Shown here: positions 56,201 through 64,000 of the stretch, one piece after another | How positions within the stretch are numbered: position 1 is the stretch's first letter | Layout: each line of letters begins with the position of its first letter | Source: Orbicella franksi | Taxonomy: Eukaryota | Direction: 5' to 3' | Length of the DNA stretch: 64,000 nt | NCBI GenBank assembly: GCA_964199315.1 | Contig: OZ116708.1 | Span: 13,826,001-13,890,000, forward strand | Translations under genes and position numbers: made by a program | The notes under the pieces: model-generated | What the model was told of the DNA's origin: nothing | What the model saw: only the letters and a program-made list of their open reading frames with translations | The model's database searches: none

Positions 56201-58591
56201 GAGACCAACAGTTAAAATGTGCGCAAGATTTGAGTGTGAGTGGAGATGACCGAATACTGGTTCTGGACAGAGATGTGGATGACGTTCTGTCTATTCACGT
56301 CTTCTCTCCACATGGAGAACATTCATTCCACTTCAAAGTAAAGGAAGAACCCCACATCCCCAGATCAAGGCCCTCTGTTGCATGTTACCGAGCACTTAAT
56401 CAAGTAGTTGTAGGTTACCCGTGTATGGTCTCTCACGGCAAAGGTCACTGTGTAAAAATTGCTGTATACACCATGCAGGACGAAAAACATGAAATTGTTC
56501 GCAGCATCGAACTTGCCACTGGTGAGCTGGTTTCTACTCGAGGAATTGCAGTAACTCTCAAGGGACACATCGCAATCGGTTTACTAGAAAAGAGCGAAGG
56601 TAACAGTAGAGTACTTGTTGTATAGGACAGGCAGTCTCGCAAAAACTGTACGAGTGTCTCTTTGACACTTCAGCTTTAAGACATCTGTATGAGGCTGTGA
56701 AGCATTGATATTGTAGGTACTGCTGTTGATCAATCATTTCATCTTCCTAATTTGATTTTAAATGGAACAAAGGTAGAGATCTGTGACGGGCGAGAAACAT
56801 AAACTAGAAGCAGACAGTAGAGTTACTGAAGAAAAATTCAGTTTCTAGAATTGACTGGAACAAATGATGACATTTCTAAGTGAGAGAATAGGAAAATATT
56901 GCTGCAACCTGATTTTATGTTCCATACAGTTAATGATTAACGAGAAAAGCGTGGCTTTTAGACATCAGGAAATATATGTTTTAGATTTTATTAAATTTAA
57001 TTGACTATAATTTATAACTGATAAAATAAGCACAGCTCCCCAGGCTGTCAAAGAAACGGTGAGAAATACCAAAGGCTTAAGTTTTCTCTTGTCATTATCA
57101 GAATGTTTTGATCAAACAGCCAGGTGCTGTTGTAACTTTCGGTGAAATGGAGTTCTTTATTTTAAAGTTGACAATTTTTAGCCTAGAAAAAAAATTGCTT
57201 AGAAAAATTTTATGTGCTAAAAAAATACATTCTTAACTACCAAACGCTAGGTTTTAGTTATGTAATTAGGCTTATATGTCAAGATGTTTATCAAAACGAA
57301 ATCTTTCGTAATGTGACCTAGAGATTCATTTTCACCGTATGAATGTACGCGGTGTTGATCATTAATCTGAAGTAGTCCAGGTTGCCACGAAATGTCGGGG
57401 TTTATTTAAGATTAGTGAGTTTGGTGTAACATGTTGTAGTTGTTTTGAATTTTAACAAAACACAGATTTTAATTATTGGGTTTTGTTTTGATTTCATAAA
57501 TAAAGCGAGTCGTTGTCACGGAACGAGTCACGTTTATTCAGTTGTTTTGTAGCCTAAAATTCTCGGTAACTTTGTCAGTCACGTTTGTTTAAAGAAAGTT
57601 TAGAGTTAGAACGTAATGAGTTCACCTGCGTGCCAAAAACAAACATATACGTATGCAAAGTGCATGTACAAGATTATTAATTCCATGAAATGTTTTTACA
57701 TTTTAGTTGGATTGCGTTTGACGTAAGAAAAACACATACAACTCGAGTCGCTTCTTTTTCCTATGATGTCCCGAGCGTATGGATCCTAATGCCATGCGAT
57801 TTCACGATTTGGACGCCATCTTGAACTGGCACATCTGGCCTCAAAACCATGCTACCGTTGGCTCGGGTCACGGTAATGAGCGTATCGCCTCGCGCTCGAA
57901 TCCCGAGTCACCGCGGCTTCCAGATTTCTTCCAGGGTAAACTGTTTCGCACGTAGCACTAGAAAAGGAAAAGTATACCGCAGTTCACTCAAAGCATTTTG
58001 TTTACAGATGTTACAGCGATTCAGTTTTTTGCACCTCATTTTGCGAAGCAGATTCTACTGCATGAAATTACTGCATCAATAAAGACGTAAACAAAGTGTC
58101 CAGACGAGCTCTAGTAACTTCTTGGTTCCAAAATTTCCCTTTCCACCGTGAAAAGTGCAAGTACTGACAAATTAACGCTCTTTTTAAGGCGGATAGGTGG
58201 CCTCTGATTCTAATAAAGCTATCCAAAGTAAAACGAAGAAATTAACTTTCAGTTTTGGCCGCCATGAGCAAGATACGAAGTTCAATCACGACTTTATTAT
58301 TTCCATTTTGAAATGCCACAGTTTAATCGCCCAAATACAGGATTATAGTCAGTACCAATATTTTATAGATCCAGTCACCGGTTTGTAACAACGCTAAGGA
58401 AAATTTAGCAATTTAGAGCAAAGAACAGTACGATTCTGCACGACACTGCATTTTGATTGGTTACTTTAAACAAACCTTGAAATCTGATTGGTTGTTTTGT
58501 TTTAGTGTTCCTATCTTATTGCATGCAATTTAGAACAAAATATGGTGCTATTCGTGAATAAATAGCACAGCTGAGAGCCAATCGGATTGCA
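53243..58591 (+). repeat. Tandem segmental duplication unit 3 (~5.35 kb)
   Basis: Same junction at 53243; ends gattgcac, then continues into unique sequence tgatcaccag. Confidence 0.95.
54895..56625 (+). CDS. Helical-domain + NHL-repeat protein, tandem copy 3 (576 aa)
   Basis: Intact ORF; 12 aa differences from copy 2 and 17 from copy 1 by manual comparison. Confidence 0.9.
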   Translation: MANDETDLFDITVGLLVKKDRRTARKMKEEDFVREIDYLSFQLDAIARSHLLTSITLFKEGVLSLFKLLDKSNTGKYHTEAAPSPRETTEETEHMEIFKESSSDAMSTLSRGLKELKLTNLNETGNETLKTAKEDFHQARLKAIEAFNNDALSTLDRIHAIAIRVGAKILENVDHPDEALAVCRMSLEDLHSLKGVPESFGVELTQGFRAHFNKADRRQIIASVCRINRAIYDVMSMIGISGELLTLPLIGEGKEAVNPLHDSRVAEVLGKLDMEQFSVQPLSLGQEDEEENKPKIPQGIAVDSQGHIIVGDDWDRNVKVFDHTGLFQYSFSCPLSDNPNALSSIADVATDRTDNVYVLIEAEKSATARYQVYVVKKQATLHCFPLREEVEEALRLTLNKKDHILVLAQSVDSSDQNTRSIVEVYNKDGKFEHSFGDQQLKCAQDLSVSGDDRILVLDRDVDDVLSIHVFSPHGEHSFHFKVKEEPHIPRSRPSVACYRALNQVVVGYPCMVSHGKGHCVKIAVYTMQDEKHEIVRSIELATGELVSTRGIAVTLKGHIAIGLLEKSEGNSRVLVV

Positions 58592-58859
58592 CTGATCACC
58601 AGTGATTTCACAATGGATCCAATAAAAGCGGGATGCCAACTCATTACAGACGACGCGCGTTCAGCCAATCAACATCAAGTAATCATGCCCTCTGTATTAC
58701 CAAAGTGCTCTCGCGATTAAGAGAAAATGCTCTCTGTCTCAGCCAATCGGCATTCAGTAATGTTGTCCCGTGTGTGATAAATATATAAAAGAGGAGGGCT
58801 CCAGGAATATCAATTAAGATTCCGAGAATATAATGGATCAGCTGGATCGACGGAGCTCT

Positions 58860-59585
58860 ACGTACTACTAACAGTCACGTTTTACGGCTTCAAGTTAATA
58901 TATAGATTTAGGCCAGCCTAAGAGCGTAGCTCCTGGGCCGGGTTGTTCAAAGCCCGATTAAGCTAACTCAGGAAAAGGTAGAATTTTGAGGTTTTCTGTA
59001 TATTGTTTGGCCTTCTGTTTTGAGTTTTGATAATCATATACACAAAACAAAGCAGCAAAAACCATTTGTATAGAAGAAAAAGTTCTAATTCGGTAAACTT
59101 TTAATCCTGGGTTAGCGTTAACGGGCTTCAGAACAATCCTGCCCTGTTTTCAACAAGTTAACCTGAGATGAGCCCGGGATCCAATCGATAACCAGCACTT
59201 GGTCAGCGCTCAACTTCAAAAAAAGGCGCGATCTCGATAAGCTTTAAACTTGAGCCCGCGATATAGTCACGTGATACTGGTCAACGGATACCTTGTTTTG
59301 ACAGGTGTGAATTGATCATATCATGGTTTTCCGATATCAAAGAAGTACACGGTAAAACAAGGTTGCATGTCTCCGTCAACCTATCATTTGGAGTATGGCC
59401 GCCATGTTGCGCGACTCCGTCGTCGTCGTCGTTGTTGTCGTCGCCGTAGTGCGTAACGCGCCCACGAGTAATACCGCTAGCCATGATAACCATGAGAAAA
59501 TCAACTCATGGGTTTCCTTTTCTTTCCTGTATGAGCAGGGGGCTCCGCTTGGCGGCTCCTCGAGCCGCCGGAGCTCCGCTATAAT
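58860..59585 (-). repeat. Same repeat family, copy C (MITE-containing, internal (GTC)n, terminal GC hairpin)
   Basis: Reverse complement of copies A/B; hairpin GGCGGC-tcctcga-GCCGCC at 59551-59569. Confidence 0.8.
58936..59143. mobile_element. Same Harbinger-type MITE, opposite orientation, TSD CTG
   Basis: CTG|ggccgggttgttcaaagc...gaacaatcctgcc|CTG. Confidence 0.85.
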
Positions 59586-62082
59586 TAGACGTATTAAGGA
59601 CCAAGACATAGATGACGTGTTATGGTCTTGGCCATTTGATGCAATGGCCATTGAAGCAAATATAGTAGGATTTGTAATTGGCGAGTGAGCGGCCATGAAA
59701 GCGGTCATTGCTAAAATTTGAAGGGCGACATGACGTTCTAGAGCTAAAATTAGGGTACAACCGGAAATCTAAGAAGCAAGCTTGCCTTCGAAAGCTCAAG
59801 CTATCTATTACTGGACCGCGTGCAGATTCGGTTTGTCCTCGAAAATAAAAGGAAACAAAAAATAAGTCTAGGAATTACTGAAGATCAGTTAGAAACTGAA
59901 ATTAGTCTGAGGTCTAATAAAAAAACTGCTTTTTTTATTCATTTTAAGCCCTGCTTAGATATTATCTTTACCACTGAACAGCGTTCTAATAAAGAAGTTC
60001 GGCACATGAAGTACTAAGTTCTACGTTTGAATTAACTGCCAACGTATTATTTGGGTCGACCCAAATAGATAGCAGCCTCTGCACATGTAAAGTTAGTCAG
60101 CTGGACCAAACCAAACGAGGATCCATGATCCTCTCTTGAGCGGTTGTTATATAATGCTGTACATCCGGTTATGGCGTTTCGCTCGACGTTTCGCTCACAA
60201 AAGAGTAAACAAAAGCGGAAAAACAAACAAACAAATAAACAAGAAAAACAAGAAGAAAAGAAATCAATTCTGCTATCCTCTCCTCTATCGTGAGCTTGGG
60301 CTGCCTGTGGCGTGGTCGGCGTATAAAGGGGAGGGAGGTGGAAAGTTAGTTCCCTCCCAGGTCCCAACAATCGCGCTTCGCGCTCGAATTAAACTTCATC
60401 CCTCCTTACGATCTAATTCACTACGTTCAAACGAACGTAAATTATTTAGCACTTAAATATCCGCAAAACAGGTACAAAGAAGAATGGGTGGATCGCATGT
60501 AAAATAGAGAACGTGACCGGCTCGAAGGATAATAAGTGTAGGGTTGCAAGCGAGAGAGATCGAACGGAACTGCCGTAAAGTATAAATAGAAAGAAACGAC
60601 CAATTACGACTTCGCAATAAGCGTCCTCCGACACCTAACACAGAAAATCCAGCGAGGAATGTGACGCTAAAATACCAGCGCAAAATGTACTCCTCTTTGT
60701 ACGCCGACCACACAGGATAGGCCTAATGACCGCACTGTTCCTCTAACATGTTAATCATTGACTGATATTGAAAGGCTTTTAGTAACGATCTTTTAGATTC
60801 CGTTAGACCGTGAGATTTTGATTGAAACGTGACACAAACACAAAAGAAATGAAAAATAATTGTTCTACAAGGTAACCTCAAAACATCATTGTTAAACAAT
60901 GGTGTTGTTAAAACAACAATCACTTAAAACTGGCTCGTACCGAGAGATATGGCATGTATCGTATGGGCACTTGGGCAAGATTTGTTTGAAATCAGAACTC
61001 GGTTTAAATAATCAAAAACCAAATTTAACAAATTGCCCGTATTTCACTCATTTTCTCATTTAATCCCAGATAGACTGACAACGGCCTGAATTCTGTATTC
61101 TACTAGAAGCGGAAAATCAGAAACCGTGTCAGAAAATGCGCTCAAGCACGTCCTAACTCAAGCAAAAGGAATAGTATTCTTGGATTGTTTAGATGATATT
61201 CAATTTACGGAACATTGTTTTCGATGAAAGTCATGGTATAAGAAAGTTCTATCAACAAGAAAACATTTGCTGGTTGTAATTCAAATCTATCAAGATAAAG
61301 ATGAGACTGTCCACGTTTTTATTTGAGTTTTAATGCAACGGAGGATATAAAGTCCTGTTGATCCGCACAATCATGCATGATTATTTTGTCAGTTCCACAA
61401 ACTGGCTGCACCTTACAATATCGACATGGTCGATCCGATGTCACTGAGTTCATGATTATCTCGGAAAATGAAAAGCGGCCAAAGTACTTTTAACAACCTT
61501 TGCTAATATATAATTCCCAATGTTTTCTGTTTTAAGTACTAACGGGTTTTTATTTGTCCTGTGAGTCAACACGAAAGCATTTAATTTACCGCTGTGTTTA
61601 CACGTCGATAGCTACTTAAGAGCGGTCTTTGACTGATGGGTTATTTGTGTCGATTATGGGCTGATACTTCTACAAGGCTAGGTGATGTTCTAATTTGTGT
61701 GGGTTACTTGTGACTAGTCCTCTCCGCCTGAGTTTTAAGCGCTGATATAGATGGAATGTAAAATCGTTACGAGTTTGGTCGATTCCTTTCACCTCAGTTC
61801 CTTTTATTGTTATTTAAGTATCGAAAAGTATATTGTGAACAACATGTAACGTGCAACACGCATAGTAACACAAATCTGTTTTGAAAATCTTCTATTGATC
61901 CCCAGGTAACCAATCTGGGTAGCTACAATTAGCTTTGACTGATATCAGTAGAATTTACGGCTGTACGATTTTAGTAAAATTTCTTTTATTTGATAAATTA
62001 ATGATTCTCCGTTTAGTGAATTCTTGAAAGCTATAGCTATTTACAAAGATATAAAAAGACAAAAAGGGGAGTTCATAGCAAA

Positions 62083-62115
62083 TATATAAACAGGCTCCAA
62101 ACACTCTTGTCAGTT
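62083..62115 (+). promoter_or_regulatory. Candidate TATA + Inr core promoter of a downstream gene
   Basis: TATATAAA at 62083 and TCAGTT with its A at 62112 (29 nt spacing). Confidence 0.35.
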
Positions 62116-62329
62116 ACTATGGTACGAGCGCAATATTATATGTTCTTTTCTGTTTGTAAATTTTAGGAGCGAGTGCTCGCCTGAAGCTCAGTCTGTTGAA
62201 AGACATCGTAACGTGAATAAGCCAGAGAAGAATTGCAAGTATCCTTTGAACTTATAAATAAGTAAAGAAAAATAAACAAATAAATAAACAAACAAACAAA
62301 CAAACAGTGAGTTGAAAATCAGAGTGCTA

Positions 62330-62700
62330 AATTGATCAGTGCAGGATTTATCTTTCCTAAACCCTACCTGATTACATTGCAGTTGTGTGTCTAGGACATT
62401 TTGCAGCTTGTCAAGAATGATATAGTCTCCTCCGCAGCCGTTTTTTGGGATGTCACGCAGCGGGGGAGCGTTACGTGACATCCCAAAAAACGGCTGCGGA
62501 GGAGACTAAGGATGGTAAGGTAGAATACCCACCCTGCTGAGGTAAATGAATCAAAATAAACTTTTGAAAGTTCAATGATTATCCTTAGAGTGGCAATATG
62601 ACCAGTGCAGGATTTACCTTTTCAAAACCTTACCTGATTACACTGCAGTTGTTTTTCCAGGGTATCTGTCAGCCTGTCGAGGATGATATAGTAGAATCAG
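62330..62700 (-). mobile_element. Short LINE RT fragment present in two degenerate tandem copies
   Basis: IILDKLQNVLDTQLQCNQVGFRKDKSCTDQ; second copy at ~62600-62692. Confidence 0.6.
62423..62508. mobile_element. 86-bp palindromic MITE
   Basis: Perfect 35-bp inverted repeats tagtctcctccgcagccgttttttgggatgtcacg with a 16-bp spacer. Confidence 0.8.
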
Positions 62701-63351
62701 ATGCCTTCCTGACGTAAATGAATCCGGCAAAGTAAACTTTTAAAGGAAAGACCGATACAAACATAAGTTGATGTTAAGATAAAACTACCATATACACGTC
62801 CATGTATGTTTAGAAAAAGAAGTAAGGAAGTCATTAATGCATGATATTTGGGTATTACAGCCCATGAATGAACTCTGGTCAGCCAATGAGATTCCAGAAT
62901 TCCATATGGCACACGACTTTTGAATATTACATAACACACTGTTGTGTAAGTCCGGCATCTTTTTGTGCCCTTGTAAAGGATGTTTAAAAAAGTTTTTTTT
63001 TGTTTTTTTTACTGACAAAAAGAAGAAACGAAACTTGGATAGTTCCTGCACGTGCTGAGTCGATGGTCTCAATGAAAGTTATCTTCGTATCTACTCATAG
63101 TTTATTGATAAGCTTACGATTGCAGTTTTTTTCCTCGGATGAGCTAAATTAAAAATAAACAACAACAATAACAAGAAAACAAACAAACAAAACAGACAAA
63201 CAGTCAAAAAGATGATACTTAAATAGTCTTTTTCGTGTTGTTTTATTTAGTTATAAGCTAACGAGTTATTTGAAGAAGTAGAATTACATTATCGATATAT
63301 GAACTCTTCGAAAGATGGTCCTTAACACATCTACTATTAGAACCAAACGGA

Positions 63352-63512
63352 ATGTCTGCAAGTGAAGGGAAAGACGAAACCAATTTAGACATTGCAGCTG
63401 AAGATCAGGTATTTAAAAACTTTATATTTCTGTCAGTATCGCAGTAACTGATTTCAACGAAATGCTTTGATAGAAATGTTACCTTACAACGACAAATTTG
63501 GAGACAGATCAA
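63352..63512 (+). CDS. Possible first two coding exons of an unidentified gene running off the window (63352-63408 MSASEGKDETNLDIAAEDQ; 63474-63512 KCYLTTTNLETDQ)
   Basis: Acceptor tactattag before the ATG; donors CAG|gtattt and CAA|gtaaga are both phase 0; no homology recognised. Confidence 0.25.
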
Positions 63513-63898
63513 GTAAGAAATCACTTTCTATATTGCGTCTAAATTTTTGAAAACATAGCCGTCAGTCACCGATTGGCAGAAGTGACGCTGTCTGTGGGAT
63601 AAAACTAAAATCCATTTCAACTGCCCTAGCCTTTTTATCTATAAAATTCCCAGATAATTTAATTTACATATCTACCCAGCGTCTCATACTTTCCATCTTA
63701 ATACACCTATCAATGTCAGGCCGGGGGGAGTGGGAAGGGGGGGGGCATCCCTACTCTGAGTCTCGGCAAGCCCCTTCCCGATTATGCTAGCATTTTTTGG
63801 CATTATTTGGTTAAACAAGCATTTTTTTTTGCACACTTTTTCTGTGCAAAGGAATGCTAGCATTATTAAGCATTTTGCATAACTTTGATCTAGATTTC

Positions 63899-63954
63899 CA
63901 ACCTCGTTCCCAGGGCTTTTCCCTTTGAAGGGAAAAGTCCTGGGGACGAGGTTG
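63899..63954. mobile_element. 56-bp hairpin MITE with 9-bp TSD
   Basis: ctagatttc|caacctcgttcccagggcttttcc...ggaaaagtcctggggacgaggttg|ctagatttc. Confidence 0.85.
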
Positions 63955-64000
63955 CTAGATTTCAGCACTGCTAAAATTTTAGATTCAAAAGCATTGTGAT

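Noticed and set aside
40641-56625. Naming the NHL genes TRIM71/TRIM2/TRIM3/brat
   Set aside because: Only the NHL propeller is shared; there is no RING, B-box or filamin pattern in the ORFs, so no symbol was assigned.
40587-56642. Many short ORFs antisense to the NHL genes
   Set aside because: Shadow ORFs of the real CDS, repeated only because the unit is triplicated.

Overview
AT-rich, intron-rich animal genomic DNA. The repeat landscape and gene families look anthozoan (stony-coral-like); this is an inference, not a database result. There are three blocks. (1) 162-34427 (+): one receptor tyrosine kinase gene rebuilt by hand from 22 coding exons (3789 nt, 1262 aa, all splice phases consistent). 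Its architecture is unusual: signal peptide, 2x TSP1, 2x SRCR, 6x Ig, TM, TK. It needs a 13-nt microexon, carries an APE>APQ change, and has a tail with three YxxL/V motifs. Its introns are full of LINE, SINE and MITE debris. (2) 40641-58591: four single-coding-exon genes, each encoding an unassigned ~270-aa helical domain fused to an NHL beta-propeller with no RING or B-box. One divergent paralog (-) sits head-to-head with a near-identical ~5.35-kb tandem triplication (+). Both triplication junctions are identical and lie inside the 5'UTR splice acceptor of the minus gene. (3) 58.6-64 kb: repeats, MITEs and possibly the start of another + gene. No rRNA, true tRNA or CRISPR array was found. 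Exon boundaries were read by hand; repeat boundaries are approximate.
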